Shown here: positions 40,070 to 50,241 of the stretch, piece by piece
Layout: each line of letters starts with the position of its first letter
Position numbering within the stretch: position 1 is the stretch's first letter
Assembly (NCBI GenBank): GCA_050309605.1
Contig: JBNRMN010000002.1
Coordinates: 1-64,000, forward strand
Origin: Anaerohalosphaeraceae bacterium
GTDB taxonomy: Bacteria > Planctomycetota > Phycisphaerae > Sedimentisphaerales > Anaerohalosphaeraceae
Length of the DNA stretch: 64,000 nucleotides
Direction of reading: 5' to 3'
Program-made: the position numbers and the translations under genes
Notes under the pieces: model-generated
Told to the model about the DNA's origin: nothing
What the model saw: only the letters and a program-made list of their open reading frames with translations
Database searches by the model: none

Positions 40070-41979
40070 CATTTCGACAGCCGCTGCGCGGCTGGGGGTT
40101 ACGGAGCGGGCTGTCCGTAAGCGTTGTCTGGTCGGTGATTTGCCCGGCGCTGAGAAGCGTAATGGGATCTGGCGGATACCTGTAACCGCCGACGCGCGGC
40201 TGGCAGGGCGTCCTGCCGTCGACGTGCGGGTTGATGCTGATGACCTGGCAAGAATTCCAAAACCAAAGTTAGACGAGGCGATTCGGCGGGCAGGCGTTGT
40301 CGCGGCTTTTGAGAGGTTCTCGCGTGAACACGTCCGGGCCGGCGGGCTGCGAACTGAGGCCTTCGAAATATTCGCGTATCAAAATAATCTGGCTGTCGGC
40401 ACGCTGCGGCGATGGGTTTCACGGCACAAGCAACACGGGGTTTTGGGCCTGGTGGATTGTCGCGGCGGGTCGCGAAATAGCGAGACTATCAGTCCGGAGG
40501 CCTGGGAGTTTTTCAAGAGTCTCTATCTCGATCCGCGCCAGCCGTCAATCCGGCAGTGCCTGCGGATGACCGTTCACCATAATAAGAGGGAGAAGTTGGG
40601 CTGGACAATACCATCGTACGGCGCGCTTTGCCGATACATAGACAAGTATTTGCCCTTGCCGGTTCGGGTGCTGCATCGTGAGGGGCAGGCCGCCTATGAG
40701 GCCAAGTGCGCGCCTTATATTCAAGTCGATCTTTCGGAAGTCGAGCCGGGCAGCGTCTGGGTCGGCGATCACCACCAGTTTAATGTGTTGATTCAACACA
40801 TGGGCAAATGGGTGCGGCCCTGGCTGACGGCCTGGATGGATGCGCGCAGCCGCGCGCTGGTGGGCTGGCAGGTCTGTTTGCAGCCGAACCAGACGACGAT
40901 CCTGACGTCGTTTCGGGATGCGGCGAAAAAATATGGCCCACCGGATGGGGTTAAGATCGATAATGGCCGCGACTACGATGCACGATTGTTTACCGGCACG
41001 ACCAAAAAACGCCGGAAGGCCCTGAGTAAGGGTTATCTTGACGAAGATACGGTGTCCGGCCTCTACGGTCTTTTGGGTGTCGAAGTTTCTTTTGCCATTC
41101 CTTACCATCCTCAAAGCAAGTCCATCGAACGGTTCTTTGATACCGTCGATCAACAGTTTTGCAAGTTTGTTCCGACGTATTGCGGCAAAGACACCAAGCG
41201 GAAGCCGGAAGCGCTTAATGATTATCTCAAGTCGTCGTCGGCGGTTGAGGCGGCTTATACGCTTGAGACCTTCTCGAAGGCCTTTGCCGATTACGCGGCT
41301 GTTTATAATACCCGGCCGCACTCATCGCTGGCCGGCCAGACGCCGCTGGAAGTGCTCGAATCGCGCGAGTCGAAGCGCGTCGTTTTGGATGATGTGCTGG
41401 ATCTGTTGTGCCGTGTCTGGATAGACGCAAAAGTCACCAAGAACGGTGTACGCATAAATGGACTTTATTTTGGGCAATACGACCCCCCACATCATGGCGC
41501 TGCAAGGCAAAGCTGTGCGTGTTAGCTACGATCCGAACGACGCGGGGGTCATTTTCATTTACAACGAAGATTGGAAGTTTGTTGCGCGGGCCGAGAGCAA
41601 TCGGCTGGTCGCCTACGGGCAGCCCGGGGTCAGCGACGGCTCTGTCCGTGCGGCCATGCGGCAAAAGGCCCGCGCGGCAAAACAGCTTCGTCAGCAGCGG
41701 GACGCGGCGCGTACTCGCGCGATGGACGTGGCGGCCCTGGCGATCGAGGCCCAGGCCGCCGAGACCCGGCCGGCGCCGGCGGCCAAGCCGCCGAGGATTC
41801 GGGCGGTCAAAACCGTTTTGGACGGTCAGCTCGACGCGCATAAAGTGGCTGCTGGGCCGTCGCCGTCGCGAGAGTCGTTCTGTCTGGAGTGGGACATCGA
41901 ACCCAAAGGGCTAAAACCGCCGCCTGTTATTGATCTGGGGCTGGACGACGATTTCTGGGAGGATGCCGATGTTGGGTGA
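40053..41979 (+). pseudogene. MuA-like DDE transposase, frameshifted in a C6 run at 41483-41488
   Basis: N-terminal HTH; WVGDHH, KIDNGRDY, KSIERFF (DDE); C-terminal domain (VRVSYDPND) continues in the +1 frame. Confidence 0.85.
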
Positions 41980-43090
41980 TCTCCGCGACAATCTCGAACA
42001 GGATTCACGACTGGTGCTGGTTCACGTGCCGGATGTCGGCGACGCTGCCGCGCTGGCGGCGTTCTGTGCGGAGGTCAAACGGTTTTTGGCTGAACAGGGT
42101 GTCTCGCAGACTCGGCTGGCCAAGTCTATCGAATTGTCGCAGACGGCGGTCGGTCAGTTTCTTAACGGAAAGTACGCCGGCGATAATCAGGCGCTGGCGG
42201 AGAAGATCGGCTGCTATGTCAATGCGGTTTGGCGGCGTCAGCGGCGCTCGGCAGGCGCGCCGGAGTTTGCGGAAATTGGCGTCGCGGAGCGGATTTTTGG
42301 GTTGATCCGACGGGTCGATTCGTTCAGCGATGTCGAAGGGCGGATCGGCGTGATTATCGGCGACGCCGGCAGCGGCAAGTCCGCGTGTCTGCGGGCGTAT
42401 GCCCGGGCGGACGCGGCGGCGGTCTATATCAGCCATGATTCGGCCCAGAAGATTACCGGCCTGCTGGATGCGATTACCCGCGCCAGTGGTGGAGACGTGG
42501 CCGTTAACGCCTCTTTGTCGCTGGCACGGGCGCGGCTGGCCGAGGTCATGAAGCATAAACGTCGGCTTATTTTGATCGACGAGGCCAGTTCCTTACGGGC
42601 GAAAGACCTGGATAAATTGCGGTCGCTGCTTTGTGTGAAGTGCGGCTGTCCGTTGATCCTGGCCGGCAACAATGATCTTTTGCGGACGATCCAGGAGAAT
42701 GCGGACAAGACCGGCTATGCCTCTTTGGATCAATTTAACAGCCGTTTGATCGGCGTTTTGAATTTGGATGAATTGGCCGCCGGCGGCGACGGCGGGCCGT
42801 TGTACAGTGCCGAGGACATTCGCCGACTCTACGAATACGGCGGCATTCGGCTGACGCCGGACGCGGTGGATGCCCTGGGGCGCATTTGCCGGACGCCGCA
42901 TTCGGGCAAGCTGCGAACGTGTCGAGACATCGTTCGTGCACTGCACAGCGCAACGCAGGTCATCGAGACCGGCCAGATCAACGCGGCGCTGGTCTGGGCG
43001 GCGATTGAGCAGTTGGGCCTGTCGGCGGCGGACTGGCTGCCGACTGCGTGCGGTCAGCCGGTAGTCAAAAGGGTATCAAAAATTGGGTAA
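41969..43090 (+). CDS. MuB-like AAA ATPase with N-terminal HTH
   Basis: VGQFLNGKYAGD, Walker A GDAGSGKS, Walker B ILIDEA; follows the transposase. Confidence 0.88.
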   Translation: MLGDLRDNLEQDSRLVLVHVPDVGDAAALAAFCAEVKRFLAEQGVSQTRLAKSIELSQTAVGQFLNGKYAGDNQALAEKIGCYVNAVWRRQRRSAGAPEFAEIGVAERIFGLIRRVDSFSDVEGRIGVIIGDAGSGKSACLRAYARADAAAVYISHDSAQKITGLLDAITRASGGDVAVNASLSLARARLAEVMKHKRRLILIDEASSLRAKDLDKLRSLLCVKCGCPLILAGNNDLLRTIQENADKTGYASLDQFNSRLIGVLNLDELAAGGDGGPLYSAEDIRRLYEYGGIRLTPDAVDALGRICRTPHSGKLRTCRDIVRALHSATQVIETGQINAALVWAAIEQLGLSAADWLPTACGQPVVKRVSKIG

Positions 43091-43116
43091 TTTTAGTTTT
43101 TTTGGGAAGAATAGAT

Positions 43117-44004
43117 ATGGCCGACAAAGACATTAACATTCATATTCGCGCCAAGGGCGCTGAGGACGCCAAGCGGCAGATCAGCGGCGTGGCCCAGACA
43201 ACCGGCCAGGTCGGCGACAAGGCCCAGGAGACCGGCAGCAAGAGCGAGCAGGGGTTCGGCAAGGTCAAGGGCGCCTTGACCGCGTTGATGGGGCCGCTGG
43301 GCTTTGCCGGGCTGTTTGCCTTGCTCGGTGCCGGGGCGCGGAAGGTGGCGGCGTTTTTTGACGATCTGGCGCGGCGGGCGGCGATGAAAGAGTATATGCA
43401 AAACCCTGTGATTTTGGCGTCGCATACGCATCGGCTGGCGGACGGGCGGTCGCCGGTGGTCGGCAAAGTCATTGACTATACTTTTACGGGGCGCGACCTT
43501 GTGATCACGGTCGAATTTGCTCAGACGGAGCTGGGTGAGGAGTACTGGAGACTCTACAAGGACAAATTTCAACGGGCGTTCAGTATCGGCTTTATCGGGC
43601 GGTCGGCGCCGGTCGCCGAGGTGATGGACGGGCGGCGGGTGCGTGTTTGGAAAGATATTGAATTGCTGGAGATTTCCTGTGTGGCCGTGCCGGCGAATCC
43701 GGCGGCCCTCAGCAAACAGCGGCTCTCCTGGGGCCAGCGAAAAAAAAACGAACGGGAGCAAAAGCTTTTGGAAAACCCGGTACGGCTGGAGCGATTGTTT
43801 GCTCGTTATGAAAAGCTTCGCAATGAGCAGATACGGACGGCGGGGCTGGGGTATTGCGAGGACGTCAGCGAAGAGGTGCTCAGGAAACATTTTTCAGATG
43901 CTGAAATCTCGATGATTCACGATGTTTGCCGCTATGATCCGGCGTGGGGGTTCGGCGATCCTGAAGAGCTGAGCTTTGAGGAGGATTATGCGAAGTACAT
44001 TTGA
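43117..44004 (+). CDS. HK97-family prohead protease with a tape-measure-like N-terminal extension
   Basis: NPVILASH, AFSIGF, LLEISCVAVPANPAA. Confidence 0.8.
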   Translation: MADKDINIHIRAKGAEDAKRQISGVAQTTGQVGDKAQETGSKSEQGFGKVKGALTALMGPLGFAGLFALLGAGARKVAAFFDDLARRAAMKEYMQNPVILASHTHRLADGRSPVVGKVIDYTFTGRDLVITVEFAQTELGEEYWRLYKDKFQRAFSIGFIGRSAPVAEVMDGRRVRVWKDIELLEISCVAVPANPAALSKQRLSWGQRKKNEREQKLLENPVRLERLFARYEKLRNEQIRTAGLGYCEDVSEEVLRKHFSDAEISMIHDVCRYDPAWGFGDPEELSFEEDYAKYI

Positions 44005-44201
44005 GTTTTCTGTTGGTGCGGACGGCATCACGGGGCGGCGCCCCTGGGTTTGTCGCGTGGCTGCGGTGCTGCTGCGATGCCGTTTAACGCGATGCGCCTA
44101 TTTTCTCCAGTCGGCGGCGGAGTGCCGGGCCGCCGCCGATTTTTGACCCGGCACGATTGCTCGGTAAAGCGTTTTTAATTTCGATTTAAGGATATATTAT
44201 T

Positions 44202-45551
44202 ATGGATTTTGAATTTGCTACGCGAGATAAGGTCGCCGATGGGTTTAAGGCCGTCGGCGAGCGGTTCGACGCGAACGAGGCGATGATCAATGAGTTCAAG
44301 ACGTGCATCGAACAGATTCAGGTTAAGCTCCGCCAGCTCCTGCAAACGAGGGGCTGGGGGGATAGTTTCACGTCGAATTCATTTTGGGGCAATGAGGACT
44401 ATGCCCGCGAGTTTGGTCAGATCGTACTGAGCGTCTCGCGCGGTCAGACGAAGGACTTGGGCGAGCGGACGGACGCCCTGGGCGGCGTCCTTGTGCCGGA
44501 CAATCTGTCCAGACGTCTGATTGATCTGCTGGGCAGCTTCGGCAAGTTTCGAAAAAACGCCCTGGTGTTTCCGCTGGGGCCGGGGACAACGCTTGTCCCG
44601 AAACTGGAAAGCGACTTGACGGTCGTTTGTCCGGGCGAGGGCAAAGAGATCAAGGCCTCGGACATGCTGTTCTCGGCGATCAAAATGCTGCCCAAAACGT
44701 GGGGCGTGCTGGCGGCTGTGTCCAACGAATTGGATGATGATGCCCTGGTCGCGATCGGTGAAATCGCAGGAATGTCAATCGTGCGAAGTATGGCCCGCAA
44801 AGAGGACGAGGTCGGCTTTCTCGGCGACGGCACAGAGGAATACTTCGGGCACTGCGGCATCCTCGGTGAATTCAAAAGGATCAATGAGGACTATACTCAA
44901 GTTCCCGGGCTGGTTGCCAAAAACGTGGACAATTGGGGCCAGTTGACGCTGGACGATTTCAATGATGTGATTACGCTGCTGGACAGCCAGTTTGACGACG
45001 CGGCCAAGTGGTATTGCACGAAGGCCTTCTATCGGCAGGTGATGTACACGCTGGCCGCGTCTCAGGGCGATGTCGGGCTGTTTGAGCTGCTGAGCGGCAA
45101 ACGCAGTCTGTCGTTCATGGGCTATCCTGTGGAGCTGGTGCATGCCATGCCCAAGGCTGTTTCCGAGAAGCAGGTGCCCTGCTTGTTGGGTGATTTGAAG
45201 AGCGGGGCCTATCTGGGCCAGCGCAAAGACCTGTCTATTGCCCAGAGCCGCGAGGTGCTGTTTACGCGGTACATGACGGCGATCCTGGGCATTGAGCGGA
45301 TCGATGTTCAGATCTTTGGCTGCGGGGACAAAAACAACCCCGGCCCGATTGCCGCCGACAAGGACGGCAAGTTTTATTTCATCGGCATTGACCTGATCAA
45401 GGCGCACAAGCGGTATTATCGGATCAAACAGCCGCATGTGGGCGATGGGACAATGACGGACAGTCTGCTGACGGTTATCGCCCTGGGCGTGCCGAATCGG
45501 ACGCCTTTGAACGCCGCCGACGCCGGTTGCGAGGAACGGGTGTTGGCATGA
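44202..45551 (+). CDS. HK97-fold phage major capsid protein with C-terminal extension
   Basis: Coiled-coil delta domain, GGVLVP, VSNELDDDA, FLGDGT, MGYPV, LLGDL, ERID. Confidence 0.88.
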   Translation: MDFEFATRDKVADGFKAVGERFDANEAMINEFKTCIEQIQVKLRQLLQTRGWGDSFTSNSFWGNEDYAREFGQIVLSVSRGQTKDLGERTDALGGVLVPDNLSRRLIDLLGSFGKFRKNALVFPLGPGTTLVPKLESDLTVVCPGEGKEIKASDMLFSAIKMLPKTWGVLAAVSNELDDDALVAIGEIAGMSIVRSMARKEDEVGFLGDGTEEYFGHCGILGEFKRINEDYTQVPGLVAKNVDNWGQLTLDDFNDVITLLDSQFDDAAKWYCTKAFYRQVMYTLAASQGDVGLFELLSGKRSLSFMGYPVELVHAMPKAVSEKQVPCLLGDLKSGAYLGQRKDLSIAQSREVLFTRYMTAILGIERIDVQIFGCGDKNNPGPIAADKDGKFYFIGIDLIKAHKRYYRIKQPHVGDGTMTDSLLTVIALGVPNRTPLNAADAGCEERVLA

Positions 45552-45727
45552 GGCAGGCGATTGAGGATTTTTGCAAGGACACAGGACGCACGCCCAACGG
45601 CAACATTGATATCCAAAAAGAGCTGGCTATTAAAGAAATCACGCTAATTTTGAGGAATTCCGACCCTTGCTTTGTTTTAGCGCTGCTCCACCGGCTTCAG
45701 CGGCGTCAAGAACTCTGGACGGGCTGA
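45548..45727 (+). CDS. Small hypothetical protein
   Basis: ATGA overlap with the capsid stop; 59 aa. Confidence 0.4.
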   Translation: MRQAIEDFCKDTGRTPNGNIDIQKELAIKEITLILRNSDPCFVLALLHRLQRRQELWTG

Positions 45728-46008
45728 GCGGGATGTGTTTGTTTCCCGCAGCGCTCTGGCACGGTTCTTCCGCGCCCTGTTTTTGCTTAAAATATACCCA
45801 ATTAAGCGTCGTTTTGTGTCCATTTAAGGGGCGTTTAATCGGGGTTTGAAGGCCGACGCCTGCTTGTCGGATGTTAAAATAGGCAATTTGGCGCCGGAGA
45901 TTTTATGCGCTATCGGCGGCGCATATTGAGTGAAACAAAAACTCATTTTGCGCGCGATTCTACATACATCTACATTCAGAAAAAATGTGCTTTTCTCTGT
46001 TTTTTTGC

Positions 46009-46033
46009 TTGACAGATAGGAATTGATACTATT
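46009..46033 (+). promoter_or_regulatory. Promoter -35 (TTGACA) next to a candidate PerR/Fur box
   Basis: ATAGGAATTGATACTAT imperfect palindrome directly upstream of perR. Confidence 0.5.
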
Positions 46034-46063
46034 TAGTGTGGATAATTAAACAGGAAGAGGCCC

Positions 46064-46516
46064 ATGGAAACCAATGAACACAAAACGACCTGGAATCAGA
46101 AGCTCAATGCGTTCTATGACCGCTGCCGTCAGGCGGGGCTGAAGATGACGCCGCAGCGTCTGGCCGTTTACAAGGCCTTGATCCAGACGAATTTGCATCC
46201 GACCGCCGACGATGTGTATCAAACGGTGCGTCGGGAGCTTCCCACGATCTCGCTGGATACGGTCAACCGGACGCTGCTGACACTGGCTGAAATCGGTGCG
46301 GCCTTCATCGTCGAGGGGACCGGACAGCCGCGCCGTTATGACGGCGGGATGGAAGAACACCAGCATTTTCGCTGTCTGAAATGCGGAAAAATCATTGATT
46401 TTCATTATGAGCCGTATGACCAAATTGAAACGCCGTCACACCTTGGCGATTTCAAGGTCATCCGAAAAACGGTCTATCTTGAGGGCTATTGCGCAGCGTG
46501 TGATCAGGACAACTGA
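46064..46516 (+). CDS. perR: Fur-family regulator (PerR-like)
   Basis: MTPQRLAV, HPTADDVY, HQHFRCLKCG, CAAC; heads the peroxide-defence genes. Confidence 0.85.
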   Translation: METNEHKTTWNQKLNAFYDRCRQAGLKMTPQRLAVYKALIQTNLHPTADDVYQTVRRELPTISLDTVNRTLLTLAEIGAAFIVEGTGQPRRYDGGMEEHQHFRCLKCGKIIDFHYEPYDQIETPSHLGDFKVIRKTVYLEGYCAACDQDN

Positions 46517-46563
46517 TCGTTCAAAGTATATAACGTTCACATTGATAAGAAAGAGAGGTTTGT

Positions 46564-47136
46564 ATGTCAGTTAAAGGAACACAGACGGAGAAGAATTTGT
46601 TGACCGCATTTTCGGGAGAATCCCAGGCGCGCAATCGTTATACCTATTTTGCCGGCCAGGCCAAAAAGGAAGGGTATGAGCAGATTGCGGCCATTTTCTC
46701 TGAAACAGCCGACCAGGAAAAGGAGCACGCCAAACGGCTGTTCAAGTTTCTTGAAGGCGGCGAGGTTGAAATCGTCGGCAGTTTCCCGGCCGGCGTGATC
46801 GGCACCACCGAGCAGAACCTGCAGGAGGCGGCTCACGGCGAAAACTATGAAACAACCGAGATGTATCCCGGTTTTGCCAAAGTGGCCGAGGAAGAAGGTT
46901 TTACGGAAATCGCCGCGGTCTTTCGCAAGATCGCCGTGGCCGAGGCTCGCCACCGCGACCGTTATCTTGCGCTGCGCAAGAATATTCAGACCGGCCAGGT
47001 CTTTAAGCGTGAAAAACCGCAGCGCTGGATTTGCCGCAACTGCGGTTATGTGCACGAAGGAACAGAAGCGCCGAAGTCATGCCCGGCCTGTGCCCATCCT
47101 CAGGCTCATTTTGAGCTGGAAGCGGCCAATTATTGA
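46564..47136 (+). CDS. rbr: Rubrerythrin
   Basis: [29 protein letters not shown]. Confidence 0.95.
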   Translation: MSVKGTQTEKNLLTAFSGESQARNRYTYFAGQAKKEGYEQIAAIFSETADQEKEHAKRLFKFLEGGEVEIVGSFPAGVIGTTEQNLQEAAHGENYETTEMYPGFAKVAEEEGFTEIAAVFRKIAVAEARHRDRYLALRKNIQTGQVFKREKPQRWICRNCGYVHEGTEAPKSCPACAHPQAHFELEAANY

Positions 47137-47227
47137 TTGGCGGCCGGCTTTTTGAGCGGCTTACACCGCGTATTGTGCCGGCGGCATGGTAAAAGGCCTT
47201 AAAGTGTAGAAAGGATGTTGCTTATTA

Positions 47228-47273
47228 ATGTCCGGGCGCTCGGCTTCGGAGGGGAGATACGACGCCCGGACAT
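47228..47273. other. Intergenic stem-loop
   Basis: ATGTCCGGGCG / CGCCCGGACAT 11-bp perfect stem between rbr and tpx. Confidence 0.5.
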
Positions 47274-47425
47274 CTTAATTTTGATGGGAATTCCTGATTT
47301 GTATGGGAAACAACAGGTATCGAAAATTAACGGAAATTGTTAAAATCACACTGGCTTTTGCGCCTTTTTTGATTATCTTTATAATCATCAGTTTAGCGAT
47401 AGCCGGTTGCGAAAGGAGTCAGACT

Positions 47426-47941
47426 ATGCAGGAACGAAAAGGTATCATTACGATGAAGGGAAATCCTCTGACCCTCACAGGTCAAGAGGTCAAAGTCGGT
47501 CAAAAGGCCCCGGACTTTACCGTGGTCGGAAATGATCTTTCACCCGTTACTCTGTCGTCTTTTTCGGGTAAGGTGATTGTGGTTTCGTCGGTGCCGTCGC
47601 TGGATACGGGGGTCTGTGATGTAATGACGCGGCGTTTTAACGACGAGGCCGGCAAGCTGGGCGACGAGGTCGTTGTGCTGACCATAAGTATGGATTTGCC
47701 GTTCGCTCAGAATCGCTGGTGCGGCGCGACGGGGGTGACCCATGTGACGACGCTGTCGGATTACCAGACGGCGGATTTTGGGCAAAAATACGGCCTGCTG
47801 ATCAAAGAGCTGCGTCTGCTGGCGCGGGCGGTTTTGGTGATTGACAAAGCCGGTGTGGTGCGGTATGTTCAGGTGGTGCCGGAAATTGCGACGGAGCCGG
47901 ATTATGACGCCGTGCTCAAGGCCGTCAACGACGTGTTGTAA
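47426..47941 (+). CDS. tpx: Thiol peroxidase
   Basis: VPSLDTGVC, SMDLPFAQNRWC, LLARAV; RBS AAGGAG. Confidence 0.93.
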   Translation: MQERKGIITMKGNPLTLTGQEVKVGQKAPDFTVVGNDLSPVTLSSFSGKVIVVSSVPSLDTGVCDVMTRRFNDEAGKLGDEVVVLTISMDLPFAQNRWCGATGVTHVTTLSDYQTADFGQKYGLLIKELRLLARAVLVIDKAGVVRYVQVVPEIATEPDYDAVLKAVNDVL

Positions 47942-48060
47942 GGCAGAAGACAGAATTCAGAATTCAGAAAACAGAGGACAGAAGGCAGTAGGCAGAAGTC
48001 GGAATCTTGCCCTCTGGGTTTCTCTGTGGTGATTTGGTTTAGAGTTACAAAGGTGCATCG

Positions 48061-49242
48061 ATGAGAGCATTGACAGAACGCATCTGTGAAGTGGGCGTAC
48101 AGGACTGGGATCGCCGGCTCTTTGATGAGCTGATTCCGCTTCCGGACGGGACCAGTTACAACGCTTACCTGATCAAAGGCAGTGAAAAGACGGCGCTGCT
48201 GGATACGGTTGATCCGTCCAAGACCGAATTGCTGGTGGACCATCTGGTGCGGGCGGGAGCGGACTCGATTGATTATATCATCAGCCATCACGCCGAGCAG
48301 GATCACTCCGGCAGTATCCCGGATATGCTGCTGATGTATCCGGATGCCAAGGTCGTGACCAATCCCAAATGCAAGGCGATGCTGATTGACCATTTGCAGC
48401 TTGAGGATGATCGGTTTATCGAGGTTCAGGATGGCCAGGAGCTGTCGCTGGGCGATAAGACACTTCAGTTTATCTATACGCCGTGGGTGCATTGGCCTGA
48501 GACCATGTGCACGTGGGTCAAAGAAGACCGCATCTTGTTCAGTTGTGATTTTTTTGGTTCGCATCAGGCGTGCAGCAATCTCTATGTTGACAATGAAGCC
48601 CTTGTGCTGGAAGCGGCCAAGCGGTATTACGGTGAGATCATGATGCCGTTTCGCACGTCGATTCGCGGCAATCTGAAAAAGCTTGACGGACTGGATATTG
48701 CAATGATCGCTCCCAGTCATGGCCCGGTGTATAATCGTCCGTCATTGATTCTGGATGCCTATCGGGACTGGATTGCCGAAGACAAGGTCAAAAACCATGT
48801 CATTGTGGCGTATGTCTCAATGCACGACAGCACACAGCGGATGGCCGAGTATTTCGTCGATGCCCTGATGGAACGCGGCGTCGGAGTCAAGCAGTATAAT
48901 CTGACCGTTGCGGATATCGGCGAACTGGTCATTGATCTGGTGGATGCGGCGACGGTGGTGATTGGTTCGCCGACGGTGCTGGTCGGGGCGCATCCGTCGG
49001 CGCTGTATTGTGCGGCACTGGTCAATGTCCTGCGCCCCAAGACCAAACATCTGGGGATTATCGGGTCGTTTGGCTGGGGCAGCAAGATGGTCGATCAGAT
49101 TACCGGTATGCTGACGAATGTCAAGGCCGAGATTTTTGAGCCGGTGCTTTCCAAAGGGATGGCCGGTGAACAGGCCTATTCAGAACTGGATGTGCTGGCG
49201 GATAAAATCGCACAAAAACACAACGCCCTCGGGCTGATGTGA
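48061..49242 (+). CDS. fprA: Flavodiiron protein (FprA)
   Basis: [35 protein letters not shown]. Confidence 0.93.
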   Translation: MRALTERICEVGVQDWDRRLFDELIPLPDGTSYNAYLIKGSEKTALLDTVDPSKTELLVDHLVRAGADSIDYIISHHAEQDHSGSIPDMLLMYPDAKVVTNPKCKAMLIDHLQLEDDRFIEVQDGQELSLGDKTLQFIYTPWVHWPETMCTWVKEDRILFSCDFFGSHQACSNLYVDNEALVLEAAKRYYGEIMMPFRTSIRGNLKKLDGLDIAMIAPSHGPVYNRPSLILDAYRDWIAEDKVKNHVIVAYVSMHDSTQRMAEYFVDALMERGVGVKQYNLTVADIGELVIDLVDAATVVIGSPTVLVGAHPSALYCAALVNVLRPKTKHLGIIGSFGWGSKMVDQITGMLTNVKAEIFEPVLSKGMAGEQAYSELDVLADKIAQKHNALGLM

Positions 49243-49294
49243 TGGGTTGAGGGATATTGAGAAAACGTTAACTTTTTTGCAAAGGAATGTAACA

Positions 49295-49669
49295 ATGGCA
49301 GCAAAACACGAAATTTATAAATGTTTGGCGTGCGGCAATATCGTGGAAGTGGTGCATGGCGGCGACGGCGAATTGGTCTGTTGCAATCAGCCGATGAAAA
49401 AAATGACAGAGAACACCGTCGATGCGGCCAAAGAAAAGCACGTGCCGGTCATCGAAAAAATAGATGGCGGCTATAAGGTCAAAATCGGCAGTGTGCCGCA
49501 TCCGATGACCGAGGAACATTATATCGAATGGATTGAACTGACGGCCGATGGCAAGTCGTATAAGCAGTATCTGTCGCCGGGACAGGAACCGGAAGCGGTC
49601 TTCTGTGTGCAGGCCGAGAAGGTCGGTGCACGCGAGTACTGCAATCTGCACGGCCTCTGGAAGGCGTAA
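49295..49669 (+). CDS. dfx: Desulfoferrodoxin (superoxide reductase)
   Basis: [28 protein letters not shown]. Confidence 0.95.
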   Translation: MAAKHEIYKCLACGNIVEVVHGGDGELVCCNQPMKKMTENTVDAAKEKHVPVIEKIDGGYKVKIGSVPHPMTEEHYIEWIELTADGKSYKQYLSPGQEPEAVFCVQAEKVGAREYCNLHGLWKA

Positions 49670-49708
49670 GTCATGTCCGCACGGTGTTTAGAATAGGGAA
49701 ACCACACG

Positions 49709-50218
49709 ATGATACCTACTCGGATTGAACAGGCGTTTAATCAGCAGATCAACGCCGAGACCTATTCGGCGTATCTGTACTGGTCGATGTCCGCGGCGCT
49801 GGAGGCGATGAATCTGCCGGGGTTTGCCAACTGGATGCGAATTCAGGCTCAGGAAGAGATGACCCATGCCGAGAAGTTCTTTCGGTATCTTGTTGAGCGC
49901 GGCGGCCAAGTCAAGCTGACGGCCATTGACGGGCCGCCGACCGAATGGAAGGATCTTGACGCGATTTTCAGCAATGTCCTTGAGCATGAACAGCATGTGA
50001 CCGGTTTGATTAACCAGTTGATGGACCTGGCGATGGCGGAAAAAGATCATGCCTCGGTGATGTTTTTGCAGTGGTTTGTCAGCGAACAGGTCGAAGAAGA
50101 AGCGACCGCACAAGAGATCCTCGGCAAGCTGAAGATCGCCGGCACCGCCTCGGCGGCGCTGTATATGCTTGATAAAGAAATGGCGCAGCGTGTGTTTGTG
50201 CCGCCTGCAAGTGAATAA
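49709..50218 (+). CDS. ftnA: Non-heme ferritin
   Basis: QINAETYSAYLY, EEMTHA, FLQWFVSEQVEEE. Confidence 0.93.
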   Translation: MIPTRIEQAFNQQINAETYSAYLYWSMSAALEAMNLPGFANWMRIQAQEEMTHAEKFFRYLVERGGQVKLTAIDGPPTEWKDLDAIFSNVLEHEQHVTGLINQLMDLAMAEKDHASVMFLQWFVSEQVEEEATAQEILGKLKIAGTASAALYMLDKEMAQRVFVPPASE

Positions 50219-50241
50219 CAAGACCCCTTAGGAGACAGCGT

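Larger units (their letters stand above)
38755..45964. mobile_element. Mu-like transposable element (7.2 kb) carrying HK97 head genes; mini-Mu, decayed prophage or satellite
   Basis: TGT...ACA ends with a 16/21 imperfect inverted repeat; repressor, MuA-like, MuB-like, protease and capsid genes inside; inserted between aroE and perR. Confidence 0.75.
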
